This document shows positions 47,017 through 56,931 of a stretch of 64,000 nt of DNA, in pieces; position 1 is the stretch's first letter, and every line of letters starts with the position of its first letter. Made by a program: the position numbers and the translations under genes. The stretch comes from a virus. The stretch is taken from the IMG/VR virus record IMGVR_UViG_3300037231_000119, positions 32,001 through 96,000 of that record, one strand, 5' to 3'. The notes beneath the pieces are model-generated. The model was not told the DNA's origin, did no database searches, and worked only from the letters and a program-made list of their open reading frames with translations.

Positions 47017-48660
47017 TTATTTCTCTTTTCCGTAGGCTTCTCTGACTTTTGCAACGTGCCAGTGATTTTTGATATCCTGTTTATTTTTTAAAGCGCCTTT
47101 TGTTCCCTGAATTCCATTCAGCCACCCATAGGCTAAATTGTCTGGATTGTTACCCAATACATGCTCCATATGGGATAGGTGCCTATCAGCGATGGTGTTT
47201 TCGAGACCCTTATGGTCGTTCATATAATTATGAAGCTGTTGACCCTTAAGCGCTAAAGCCTTGCCATGTTTTGAGGCCAAATCTTTATGGCCTTTGATAG
47301 TCTCTCTAATAGTTTCTGGCATCAATCCATAGGCGCCATACGCATGCTCAGCCCCATGAATTGGTCCACCACCTGCGGCATGATTCGTGTTTTTTCCACC
47401 ACTCGACTCAACAGAGGCGATAGCCCTAAGCATCTTAGCGTGGTCATAGTTTGATTTAGGTTGGGCGTGTTGAATGCTGGCAGGAGACCGATTTCCAGCA
47501 TCTGTTTGAGGAGCAGATCCAGCTAAGGCGCCAGCCATACCAAGTGCAATACCGGCATTTTTGAGTGCGCCTTTTTCCAAAGACTCGCTTTTATCAAAAT
47601 CTGGATTGTTAAGTCTAGCTCTAGCCTCTGAAAGATAGTTCGGACTTCCAGGCTTAGATTTCATTTTATTCTTTATTGGAGCCATTCTTTCAGCTTCGAG
47701 ATGCTCTAATTGCTGTCCCGACTCTCTCTTTATATCTTTAGCATGGCTGATATTTTTTGATCTGGATTGTTGAGAAGCCATCACGGAATTAAGCTCATCA
47801 CCTGCATTACCGGCCTTCGCTTTATTGGGACTAAGAGCGGCTATGCCCATAAGAGCGCCAGCGGTTTTTTCTTTCCAGCCCTTGTGGAGTTCACATTCTC
47901 CCTTACTCACTTTCTCAGGCAACTTCTTTCCCTTGGTCGCCTCATCCCATTCATGGACACCAGCTTCACCACCTAGAGCTTTTTCTCCATTAGGGGTGTG
48001 CGCCCATCTCTCTTGTGCTAGACTTTCGTAAGGCTTGGCCAATGGCTTCTTACCGAGAACATTTTCAGCTTTAGTAACCGGCACATTCACCTTAGCCGTA
48101 AAATCCGAATGATCCGGAAACTTGGGTTCGGCAGTATCGGCTTCGTGATGGTAAGTTTTGATAGTTTTGGGGCCCTTATTGAGAACTGCATTTCCAAAAG
48201 ACAATCCGGCTTCATGGGCCGTTTTTGCACCGGAAGATTTAATTTTATCCCAAGTACCTTTATCAACACTCACATGCGGAGACCATTCAAATTTTGAAGG
48301 GTGGCCCATATGAGCAAACTTTCCATTGTGCTCCTTCATCTTATCGGCCGAGTTCCCCTTTAATTTGACGACAAATACGTCGTTCCCATTACGATCTTTA
48401 AACTGGGCAGGCTCTATTTGCGTATTTTTAGCATCAGGGGGATTTAGTGGGAGATGTTGGGCCAAATCATGAATGGAGTGAAGATGGTCCTTTTCTTTAT
48501 TGAATTCTTTCAGACTAGCGTGATATCCAATGTTATTATCGGGCCTGTGAGTTTGGCCGTTGATCTTTACGGGATAGCCAAGAAGGATTCCCTCTGAGGC
48601 TAGTTTCGCATAACCGGCAGGATCTTCTTTTTTGTGGAGGTTAGGCGCATTTTTTGACAT
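47017..48660 (-). CDS. Head-module polyprotein: 2H phosphoesterase (Acb1-like) and lytic transglycosylase
   Basis: YHASL (H47) and PHVSV (H129); MLRAIASVESSGG...AYGAYGLMPET...LAYGW. Confidence 0.75.
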   Translation of the reverse strand: MSKNAPNLHKKEDPAGYAKLASEGILLGYPVKINGQTHRPDNNIGYHASLKEFNKEKDHLHSIHDLAQHLPLNPPDAKNTQIEPAQFKDRNGNDVFVVKLKGNSADKMKEHNGKFAHMGHPSKFEWSPHVSVDKGTWDKIKSSGAKTAHEAGLSFGNAVLNKGPKTIKTYHHEADTAEPKFPDHSDFTAKVNVPVTKAENVLGKKPLAKPYESLAQERWAHTPNGEKALGGEAGVHEWDEATKGKKLPEKVSKGECELHKGWKEKTAGALMGIAALSPNKAKAGNAGDELNSVMASQQSRSKNISHAKDIKRESGQQLEHLEAERMAPIKNKMKSKPGSPNYLSEARARLNNPDFDKSESLEKGALKNAGIALGMAGALAGSAPQTDAGNRSPASIQHAQPKSNYDHAKMLRAIASVESSGGKNTNHAAGGGPIHGAEHAYGAYGLMPETIRETIKGHKDLASKHGKALALKGQQLHNYMNDHKGLENTIADRHLSHMEHVLGNNPDNLAYGWLNGIQGTKGALKNKQDIKNHWHVAKVREAYGKEK

Positions 48661-49648
48661 CTGCCCCTCCTAAGAAATCTAGGCAACGTTGAATGCAGGA
48701 TTGTTTATCTAAATCCCAGTCCACCTCTTTGATATGGAGGATTTTAATGTCCTTAGTCGCAAAATGAGCATCCTTAAGGTCGTGGTAATTATAGACGTCT
48801 TCGTCTGGCCAATGTTTACGCGACCTTTTTAGGCCCTTAAAGGAATGATGATAGGTGCCATCAAATTCTATGCCAAGTTTTAGCTCTGGAACGTAGATAT
48901 CTATATCAAAACGTTTAATATGAGGTTTCCCCTCTATGCTAACTTTAGAACGTAACGTATTAGCGGTAGGAAAAAACGCTTTGACGTTATCCGAAAGCTC
49001 TTTCTCTTTAAGGGAAATGCTTCTTGATTTTTTCATATGTGAACATACAATATCCAGTATACCCAAATTTCTCGCTGCATCCCAGGCACCCGCCCCATAT
49101 TTTTTAAATTCCCCACGACTATTGTATTTTAGAGCCTCTTGATGGATCTTTTCTACCGTATCCCATTTGACTTCCCACAGGGGGGTCATATGAACACAAA
49201 AATCTTCTATTATTCCCTGCCTGTGCATCGCGCTATAAACACCCGGATGTAAATCTCTAAGTTGCTCTTTACTATTGCAAGTAAGTGCTATGCGCTTAAG
49301 ATCTTCTAGGGAATAAGCCTCATTGCACTTTTCGCCCATAAAGGCGCAAATATCGTCAAGCCACCCCATTCTTTGAGCTTTGTCGTAAGCTCCTGCACTG
49401 CCCCTAGCAAAAGAAGTTCTATCGGCATAATTATATGCTTCTTTTTGTACTTCCTCAAAAGTCTCCCATTTAGGTTCCCATAAGACTTCCATATGGGAGC
49501 AAATCCTGTCTAAAAATTCGGGACCTTTTCGCCAAGCTGCCTTATAAGCCGCATTACTATATTTTTGAAAATCAATACGGCTAAGATATTTGAGAGCTTC
49601 CGCCCTCAATTCTTCTGGTGTCCATCTGTGCCGTTTTTTAACGCTCAT
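48641..49648 (-). CDS. Homing-endonuclease-like protein (helical repeats plus Vsr-like nuclease)
   Basis: EALKY.SR.DF repeats; DIDIYVPELKLGIEFDGTYHH. Confidence 0.85.
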   Translation of the reverse strand: MSVKKRHRWTPEELRAEALKYLSRIDFQKYSNAAYKAAWRKGPEFLDRICSHMEVLWEPKWETFEEVQKEAYNYADRTSFARGSAGAYDKAQRMGWLDDICAFMGEKCNEAYSLEDLKRIALTCNSKEQLRDLHPGVYSAMHRQGIIEDFCVHMTPLWEVKWDTVEKIHQEALKYNSRGEFKKYGAGAWDAARNLGILDIVCSHMKKSRSISLKEKELSDNVKAFFPTANTLRSKVSIEGKPHIKRFDIDIYVPELKLGIEFDGTYHHSFKGLKRSRKHWPDEDVYNYHDLKDAHFATKDIKILHIKEVDWDLDKQSCIQRCLDFLGGADVKKCA

Positions 49649-49667
49649 ATAGCAAATACTACCATAG

Positions 49668-50606
49668 TTATACGTTAGTTACAAGCATTCGTGTAGAAAA
49701 CGCAGTTTTTATTTTGCCAACCAAAACGTCCCTTTTCTTTTCTAGGAGTTCAATATATGGCAAATAAATCCTCGTGCCTGGACCGCTGCTGCTCTGACTT
49801 ATACCGTCTCTGCTTTGTGATTGGCTAGTATTAATGAACAAGTTCATAATAGCAGAAAGCATATTTATTGCTGCTATGGTACCGATCAAATCGTTAATAA
49901 TTACGGGGTATTGGCCCTCTATCTTAGAGGTGCCCGTCTGATAAGAAATTTGCCAGAATCCGGGTAAAAAATTAATTTGGGAAAACGATAACAGATACGG
50001 AACTCCACCATAGTTACTAAATGCCGCCGATCCAGATGCGACCGAAAAGGCTCCCAAAATCGGTATAATGTTCACGATGCCTTTAGCGAAGTTGCTCGAT
50101 TCTATCCATTCATGAGGTATGGTGAACACTTTATAGCCGTCATTGCTCACAATAGATACGTCTTGAACGGCTAACACCGGATTCTGCTCCGTTTTTAAAT
50201 GAATATAGGTTTTATATAGGTTTGAATCCCATGGAACCCTATCTGTAAACTGCTCTCTATTTATGGTAATTCTGCAAAGTAGTTCTGCCTCATTGGTAGC
50301 CAAAACAATTTGATCTTTGAGATCTTCCGAACTGAAACTATCCCCGTTAGGGAATGCTAGCGGAATTCCCTTTAGATATCGCGATACTAGCAGTGATGGA
50401 GTGAGAATTGGCTCACAGCGCTTCAATAACCCAGAAGACTGGGTCATGTGTACGGGGTAGCCCGCACTGAAAAATTCCGTATTTTTCTCAAAATTTGCCG
50501 GTCTAGGAGTCCCGTTCAGATCACCAACAGGAGCACCGTCGCGAAAATTCGGCTCATAGGGCGCCCCCTGCTCTGTAAACGGAGGTCCTGGCTTACGATT
50601 ACTCAT
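49668..50606 (-). CDS. Head-tail adaptor/neck protein
   Basis: YL.GIP...P.F WQISYQTG...SQSQSRDGISQS. Confidence 0.75.
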   Translation of the reverse strand: MSNRKPGPPFTEQGAPYEPNFRDGAPVGDLNGTPRPANFEKNTEFFSAGYPVHMTQSSGLLKRCEPILTPSLLVSRYLKGIPLAFPNGDSFSSEDLKDQIVLATNEAELLCRITINREQFTDRVPWDSNLYKTYIHLKTEQNPVLAVQDVSIVSNDGYKVFTIPHEWIESSNFAKGIVNIIPILGAFSVASGSAAFSNYGGVPYLLSFSQINFLPGFWQISYQTGTSKIEGQYPVIINDLIGTIAAINMLSAIMNLFINTSQSQSRDGISQSSSGPGTRIYLPYIELLEKKRDVLVGKIKTAFSTRMLVTNV

Positions 50607-51083
50607 TTAGCAACTCCCGCAATTCGTCATTTCGACCGCCAACATGTTAATTACGGTCCAGGTCCAAGTATTGATCCCTTGAGTTAGCGTAAATACGACA
50701 TTACCGCTAGAAGGAGCAACTCCAACATTCGCATATCCAGGTATACTAAATGACCAAACCGAAGAGTCATTGGGATTAGGGGTAGCTACAAAAGTCAAGG
50801 TATTTCCAACATTTAGGCTAGGGAAGGTCACGGTCATGGTAAACGGTTGATTCGAACTCCCAACCCCCGCCAAATACCTTTGAGGCGCAGTTTGTATGGC
50901 AGCATTGAAAAAACCCCCATTAAGAGGGAAAAATGATGCGGGAGATGCCGTATTTTGATTGTCCAAGTCAAATAGTTGATAATACAGGGTATTTGGATCG
51001 CTAGCGCGTATGGTCCATTGACTTGCGGTTTGGAAGTCATTGATATTACTAAAGTTTATGATTGCTTGGGAGGTCAGTCTCAT
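50607..51083 (-). CDS. Virion structural protein
   Basis: Late motif at 51111. Confidence 0.6.
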   Translation of the reverse strand: MRLTSQAIINFSNINDFQTASQWTIRASDPNTLYYQLFDLDNQNTASPASFFPLNGGFFNAAIQTAPQRYLAGVGSSNQPFTMTVTFPSLNVGNTLTFVATPNPNDSSVWSFSIPGYANVGVAPSSGNVVFTLTQGINTWTWTVINMLAVEMTNCGSC

Positions 51084-51166
51084 TTTATACCCCTAAAATA
51101 GTTCTCTAAGTAAGATTGGCTTAAATTTTACTTGAAATGGTGCCAGATAGGCCCTATAGTCAGGTA

Positions 51167-51622
51167 ATGAAGCTTAAGATGACCAAAAGGGAAGTTATTC
51201 AAAAAGCAAAGAGGGTCCTGGAGCAAGAAGGGGTCACCTATGAGATTAAAGCCGAAGAGGCCTGTGGGTGGGCTTATCCCAAAGATAGCCATGTTATAGT
51301 CGGCACTCTAGGATACGACACTGATCAGTTGGCCTCAGTTTTTTGTCACGAACTAGCGCACGTATTGAATTTTAGGAATAGGAAGTACTTCAGATACCAT
51401 AATGGCGGTTTCGATTTTGATCTTTCTCCCGAATTGTGTAAAATGCGTATTCAAATCGGACTTAAAGCTGAAATATACACCGATATGGTAGCCAAAAAGC
51501 TTATGAGGAAGTATTACCCTGGCATGAAATTTATTCCCAGCTATTCAAAGAAATGGCAGCGCGATTGGTATCATAAAAATATCTTGGGTCAATGTAGAGA
51601 GTTTTTGGAGGGCGTGAAATGA
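51167..51622 (+). CDS. HExxH metallopeptidase-like protein (ImmA/IrrE-like)
   Basis: FCHELAH...AEIYTD..A. Confidence 0.7.
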   Translation: MKLKMTKREVIQKAKRVLEQEGVTYEIKAEEACGWAYPKDSHVIVGTLGYDTDQLASVFCHELAHVLNFRNRKYFRYHNGGFDFDLSPELCKMRIQIGLKAEIYTDMVAKKLMRKYYPGMKFIPSYSKKWQRDWYHKNILGQCREFLEGVK

Positions 51623-52470
51623 GTAAGTCTGTTGAATGTAATATTCCCTGTAAGCTATGTGGAAGTTTAGACATAGCGGTCGTATATAGGGAATGTAGCC
51701 ATATTAAGCCCTCCTATCATTGCAATAAGTGTGGCCATAGTAAAACCGTAGATGAGTGGATTAGTGCCCAATCCCATGAGGATTTAGGTAAGTGGGCGAA
51801 ACCACATATCTCCGCTATGGAAGAGATAATAAAAGAGCTAGCTACGGAAAAGTCAAATAAGGAACCCCGTATTAGTCCAGAAGACGTTGCATTTTTAAGA
51901 TCTTTTAATAAGAAAATTGAAGATCTAAATAAGGAAGAGAACGATAGGATAATCGGTTCAGTATCTCACGAGGCAATGATGGAGTGTTTAGCTACGGACG
52001 ACCCAAATAGGGTTACCCCAGAAACCGTTCTCGGGGCAATGAAAGAGGAGTCTGAAGCGATTAAAGAATATTATGAGGGGGTTAAAGGTGACCGAAATGC
52101 CTTCTACGACTCCACTCGGGCCATCCGCCACGATCAAAATAAGCCCCATATGGACCTTTTGAGTCCGATCGCCATGTTTGGAACTGCTCAAGTGTTGACT
52201 AAGGGATTGGAGAAATATCCTGGGAGTCAGTGGAAAAAGGGAATGGCGTGGTCCAAAGTTATTGCTTCTCTGTTAAGACACGCCTTTAAATTTATGGCAG
52301 GGGAAGACTTGGATTACGATCCAAAGTGCGTAGGGTGCCAAAATAAGAGCTGTAAGGAGCACACAGGGCTGCCTCATATAGACTGTATGGCCGTAAATGT
52401 GATGTTTTTACAGGAATATTACAGGAAGCACAAGAATTTGGATGATCGGATTAAGACGGGGTTGGAATGA
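51619..52470 (+). CDS. dATP/dGTP diphosphohydrolase (DUF5664) with N-terminal zinc ribbon
   Basis: HDQNKP.MDLL...VLT.G..KY....WKKG..WS...SL.RH...GED.D...TGLPH. Confidence 0.85.
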   Translation: MSKSVECNIPCKLCGSLDIAVVYRECSHIKPSYHCNKCGHSKTVDEWISAQSHEDLGKWAKPHISAMEEIIKELATEKSNKEPRISPEDVAFLRSFNKKIEDLNKEENDRIIGSVSHEAMMECLATDDPNRVTPETVLGAMKEESEAIKEYYEGVKGDRNAFYDSTRAIRHDQNKPHMDLLSPIAMFGTAQVLTKGLEKYPGSQWKKGMAWSKVIASLLRHAFKFMAGEDLDYDPKCVGCQNKSCKEHTGLPHIDCMAVNVMFLQEYYRKHKNLDDRIKTGLE

Positions 52471-52499
52471 GTTCTGAAGCCTTTGTACTGACGGTAACA

Positions 52500-53006
52500 C
52501 TATCTGTTGCTTTTTCTCATCTCAATTAGAAGATTCGTTATAGCTATCATTTCAATATAAGATATGGAATTATTTTTAATTAGATTGCATGTGGAACAAC
52601 AAGGAACCACATTGTCAGCATAGTAGTCTTTACTGTTATCTTTTCTGTCTAGGCCGTGCCCTGTTTCTGGGAGTCTTCCCTTGCAGTAATGGCAGGAGTC
52701 ATCTTCCACTATGGAAATCCATTCATCCAAAGTAATGTGCCAGCTATAGCCCCTATCTTTGGCAGCTATTATACCTCTTTTGAATCTACTTTTGTTCTTT
52801 CTAGCATGCCCATACGATTTTGCTCGTCTTTCATCTCTATTCGCTAAGTAGTATTTTTTAGATTGAGCGTTCAATTCTTCCCTATTAGAGTTGTTGCGCT
52901 CTATCGTACATTTTTGACAATAAGTCTGAACACCGTCTTTTCGGGCCTTATTTTTTTGGAAATCCCCGATATCTTTTTCTAAATTGCATCCTTTACAGAT
53001 TTTCAT
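52500..53006 (-). CDS. HNH endonuclease
   Basis: CHYC...GLDRKDNSKDY..DNVVPCC.TCN..K. Confidence 0.9.
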   Translation of the reverse strand: MKICKGCNLEKDIGDFQKNKARKDGVQTYCQKCTIERNNSNREELNAQSKKYYLANRDERRAKSYGHARKNKSRFKRGIIAAKDRGYSWHITLDEWISIVEDDSCHYCKGRLPETGHGLDRKDNSKDYYADNVVPCCSTCNLIKNNSISYIEMIAITNLLIEMRKSNR

Positions 53007-53055
53007 ATATACTCCTGACTATAAGATTACCTCATGTATTCTGGCAGTCAAGATA

Positions 53056-53094
53056 AAAATAAAAATCCCCCGGTAAGCATTGCCTACCGAGGGA
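53056..53094 (-). terminator. Rho-independent terminator after capsid gene
   Basis: TCCCTCGGTAGGC-AAT-GCTTACCGGGGGA followed by TTTTTATTTT. Confidence 0.8.
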
Positions 53095-53121
53095 CTTGAA
53101 TTATCTAACTATTGCTAACTA

Positions 53122-54525
53122 TTAGGTAAACAATTGTCCTTGCAAATTCTCGACGATTGCATTTTTCCGTGGCGCCTCTACTGCGAGCGTAGTCCACCTG
53201 TAAAAAGCATTGTTAATGCTCAATTGAGAGATACCGAGCTGAAGCTTTTTAAAGCCACTCAGTTCGCCCATGTGTCCCGTATCCTTCTGAATCAGGAAAC
53301 CCGTGAGAGCGCCAGGAGCCATGTTGCCAAGGTCCGTGAACGTCGCACCACTTGGGGCCGCCGCGATATTCCCGATGAAGAGAACACCCGGAGAAACCGT
53401 AGCTGCCACACCGGCCGCCGTACGATACACACGGTAGTAGAGAGCGCCAGCAGCCGCACCGATCGTCAGAGTGACCTTGTTACCAGCGAGAGCAGGCGTA
53501 ACGGTCGAAACGGCCGAGAGAGGCCCTTCACCGTAGGCGTTAACCGCAGCAACAGCGTACGTATACGCAGCAGCCTGAAGGAGAGACCCAGCGGCCCCGC
53601 CGTCAGCAGAAGCCAACGTAGGCTGAGCAGGAGCGCCCTGAATCTGGACGTTGATCGGATTGATCTGTTTACGCAAATATTGCGACATTTCCATACTGAC
53701 GGCACCTGAGCTAGTCCACTGCGTGCGAAGATGCGCGCCAGTAGCTTCCTGAGGTGAACCAGCGAGAACGATACGTTCCTTAGCCTGGCTGATCTTGTTA
53801 TAAGCAGAGAGGCTGGAAGGATCCAACATCAGCTTGTCCGCGCGACCCATGTTAAGGGCAGAACGAACCGAGATATCTTCGATCAGGGACTGCGTAAGAG
53901 CAGCGCCACCAGCCGAGAACACAACCGTTGCGCTCGAACCGTACGAAGCGAACATCAGATCCTGTCCATTGCGCTCGAAATCCGAGGCGCGAACCTGGAG
54001 ATCCCAACCACGCATATTGGCGAGAGCAGGAACTAGGGCAGGATTGCCATCGAAGACTCCGTTGTTTGAGAAATCAGAGTTACCAGAGAACAGGTCGAAC
54101 TCGATGTCCTGAGCAAGGTTAAGGGCCGCATCCTGAGCTTGGCGCTCTTCAGCAGTCACCTTGTCAAACGTTTCAACAGCGTTCGCAACGAGCGAATGTT
54201 CGCGTGTATCGACGTAGTACGCCATTGGGACCACGAGACGAGCAGCTTGGCCAGTCTTTTTCGCGCCCAGCATACCTTCGTAAGCCGCTGATCCGCCGAA
54301 ACGGCCGACAGACAATTTACGATTGTACTGATAGAGATTCGACTTCGTATTACGAACATCGAGCATCTTCTGCAGTTTGATGGTCTCTTCGGCAGCCGTG
54401 ACATTGATCATCACTGGAGCCAGATCTTCGATTTGATAAGCAGCGCCCTGTACGAGGGTAGAAGGGGCGGCATTATATGAACCCGCTTCGAGTGCCTTCA
54501 TCAGAGTTTGGAGTTGGTCTAACAT
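53122..54525 (-). CDS. Major capsid protein (SPO1/Herelleviridae-like)
   Basis: MKALEAG...GAAYQIEDL...IEFDLFSG; strong codon bias; follows scaffold. Confidence 0.9.
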   Translation of the reverse strand: MLDQLQTLMKALEAGSYNAAPSTLVQGAAYQIEDLAPVMINVTAAEETIKLQKMLDVRNTKSNLYQYNRKLSVGRFGGSAAYEGMLGAKKTGQAARLVVPMAYYVDTREHSLVANAVETFDKVTAEERQAQDAALNLAQDIEFDLFSGNSDFSNNGVFDGNPALVPALANMRGWDLQVRASDFERNGQDLMFASYGSSATVVFSAGGAALTQSLIEDISVRSALNMGRADKLMLDPSSLSAYNKISQAKERIVLAGSPQEATGAHLRTQWTSSGAVSMEMSQYLRKQINPINVQIQGAPAQPTLASADGGAAGSLLQAAAYTYAVAAVNAYGEGPLSAVSTVTPALAGNKVTLTIGAAAGALYYRVYRTAAGVAATVSPGVLFIGNIAAAPSGATFTDLGNMAPGALTGFLIQKDTGHMGELSGFKKLQLGISQLSINNAFYRWTTLAVEAPRKNAIVENLQGQLFT

Positions 54526-54556
54526 ATTGATTTTCCTTTTCTAAAAATTGCCAGTA

Positions 54557-55462
54557 CTACTTAAGTAGATGGCGGACAGATTCGACATTTTTACTAAAAT
54601 AGTAACTGTTAATGGCATCACGATCGGACTTAGTCAGAGAAACATCTTTTGCTTTAGCCAGAAGCTTCGCATCGATTTCACTCTTAGTAAGAGGTTTTTC
54701 GTTTTGGCCGCTTTCGGTCTTAGCGATGATATCCAGGGATGTAATCGCTTTACCGGCAGGAGCAGTTTTCTCAACGAATTTTTTCAGGAAGGCAGCAACA
54801 GCGGCAGTCTCAGCCTTAGCAGCTTCGAGTTCCGACTTAAGCATGCTAATTTCCATAGAAGGTTCTGATTTTTCGAGAGCTTGAGCACCGGTAGAAGCGG
54901 GACCTTTGCCTTCTTTTTCAGATTGACCGTCTTTAGGGCCACCGTTAGGACGGTAACCTTCAGCATCTTTAGCGCAATCTTCCATCTCAGCTTTAGCCAT
55001 GCCATCTTCGCATTTAGCCATGCCCATGCCTTCTAGGCACTTTCTCACAGCGTCATGATGAGCCTTCAGTTCAGGCTTAGACATCGAAGAGTACATCGAG
55101 TGCATGTGACCCATATCTTCGTCGTCGTAACCATGATCTTCATCGGCAGGCGCAGCACCATCTTTGGCCGCCATACCTGGCTGTTCTTGATCGTTTTCGC
55201 CTGGCTTATCTTCAGATTGCTGATCTTGATCCTTGACGCCCTTATCTTCGGGCTTTTCGGTTTCCATCGGCTTCTTTTCTTCGCCACTTGATTCGCTAGA
55301 AGCCTTCTTCTCGTCCTCTTTCTTAGATTCATCCTTTTTGGGAGGAAACTCGGATTTGGCGAGACCAAAACTTTTTTCAGCTTTGGCAAGATGCTTCGAA
55401 AATTCTTTTTCCACATCGGCCATCAGGCTTGAAAGTTGTTGTTCGTCGTACATGATTTTCAT
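54557..55462 (-). CDS. Scaffold protein
   Basis: Charged low-complexity protein with many LxKS/MAKxE motifs, directly upstream of MCP. Confidence 0.75.
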   Translation of the reverse strand: MKIMYDEQQLSSLMADVEKEFSKHLAKAEKSFGLAKSEFPPKKDESKKEDEKKASSESSGEEKKPMETEKPEDKGVKDQDQQSEDKPGENDQEQPGMAAKDGAAPADEDHGYDDEDMGHMHSMYSSMSKPELKAHHDAVRKCLEGMGMAKCEDGMAKAEMEDCAKDAEGYRPNGGPKDGQSEKEGKGPASTGAQALEKSEPSMEISMLKSELEAAKAETAAVAAFLKKFVEKTAPAGKAITSLDIIAKTESGQNEKPLTKSEIDAKLLAKAKDVSLTKSDRDAINSYYFSKNVESVRHLLK

Positions 55463-55497
55463 AATCAGATCCTCTATGTTTGATAGCTATCCGATTC

Positions 55498-56220
55498 TTA
55501 GGTGTTGCCTTTGAAGCCCCAGTCAATATCTTTGAGCTGTTGAACAGGACCCGTGCCAGCCGTAACTTGAGCGTTAACAGCAGCTTCATTAGCCGCCGAA
55601 CCGTTCGCGATACCGAACTGCTGAACAACCATGCCCGTGCGAGCAATTTCGAACAAGCAAGTCGAATAATCCGAACTGCCAGGAATCAGGTTAGCGCCAG
55701 AGAAAGCGGAGTACGTGATCGTCGCATCGCCCGTTCCACTTACCTTGGTAAGCGTTCCGGAAGCAGCCGAAACATACGTGGTGTTGCTGGTCGCCAGCGT
55801 GGTACCAGAAGCAATCGTGCTCTGCACCGTGAAGCTCTGACCGGCAGCGCTAGTATAAACTGCACCCGCCGTGGCAGAAGCAGAACTGACCGTAAACGAA
55901 CCAGCCGTCAACTCGTAAGCGATCTGACAAACGGTTGGCGTGAAAGGAAGCGTGGCATTGCCAAACACGTCCACTGGACTTCCGGCAGGGCTAACACCAG
56001 CGATTTGCTCGAAGAGGTTTGTAATTCTCATCCAAATTACCGGATTGCCTTCGGTAGCGGTGCCACCGTGCGAAACGATAATCAGAGGATAGCCAAATTC
56101 GTCTTGCGACTGAGTGACGGTGTTGAGAGCCGTGGGAAACGTTTGCTGGCTCAAACGCAGATTGAGACGGTCGGTGAGGTCGCGTGCGATCCCTACACTA
56201 TGGTCATTCGAGTAAAGCAT
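55498..56220 (-). CDS. Head decoration/structural protein
   Basis: First gene of capsid operon; MCP-like codon bias. Confidence 0.6.
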   Translation of the reverse strand: MLYSNDHSVGIARDLTDRLNLRLSQQTFPTALNTVTQSQDEFGYPLIIVSHGGTATEGNPVIWMRITNLFEQIAGVSPAGSPVDVFGNATLPFTPTVCQIAYELTAGSFTVSSASATAGAVYTSAAGQSFTVQSTIASGTTLATSNTTYVSAASGTLTKVSGTGDATITYSAFSGANLIPGSSDYSTCLFEIARTGMVVQQFGIANGSAANEAAVNAQVTAGTGPVQQLKDIDWGFKGNT

Positions 56221-56402
56221 TGAAATTCTCCTTGGAAATTTGTCTTTTTACGTAAAAACCATTTCAAACATTGAATATGGCGAACCCTTGGGTTTCAGCT
56301 ATTTAGATTGCCGTGTTAAGAAAAAACTCAATAAATTCAAATAGTTAACCATAAGCATTATTGGAATAAGCATGATCTATACCCTTTGCCAATCTTATTA
56401 GT

Positions 56403-56903
56403 ATGAAAACATGCACAAATCCGATATGCGATCAAATAAACCCCCAACCCTTAACGCAATTTTATAAAAAGAAGAGTGGGAGAGATGGACTAAATGGTAG
56501 GTGTGTAAAGTGTACCAATAAGCAAACAGATGCTTGGTGTGCCCGTAATACCGAAAAGGTGAAGGTTACCAAAAACAAATGGACGACCAACAATACAGAA
56601 AAAGTTAGGGAAAATGGCCAAAAATGGGATAAATTAAATCCAGGTAAAAAAGCCGCTCAAGTTCGTAAGTATCAGGCTTCTAAGCTTAATGCGACTCCCA
56701 AATGGCTTACTAAAGAACAACTTAAGGAAATGCAGGCCCTATATGTTGAAGCGGCCCTAAAAACCAGAGAAACTGGAATCCCCCATGAAGTCGATCATGA
56801 GGAGCCCCTACAGGGTAAGAATATCTGCGGATTGCACGTACCATGGAATCTGAAGGTGGTTACGAGGACCGAAAACCGTAAAAAGAGCAATACGGGTAAA
56901 TAG
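56403..56903 (+). CDS. HNH endonuclease
   Basis: ATPKWL...HEVDH..PLQGKNICGLHVPWNL...N..KSN. Confidence 0.9.
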   Translation: MKTCTNPICDQINPQPLTQFYKKKSGRDGLNGRCVKCTNKQTDAWCARNTEKVKVTKNKWTTNNTEKVRENGQKWDKLNPGKKAAQVRKYQASKLNATPKWLTKEQLKEMQALYVEAALKTRETGIPHEVDHEEPLQGKNICGLHVPWNLKVVTRTENRKKSNTGK

Positions 56904-56931
56904 TCCAATCTTATCCCTTAGGAGTGCTTAA

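Noticed and set aside
51619-52470. Modified-base (dZ or 7-deazaguanine) pathway
   Set aside because: Only the DUF5664 hydrolase is present; no purZ, dpdA or que genes in this window.
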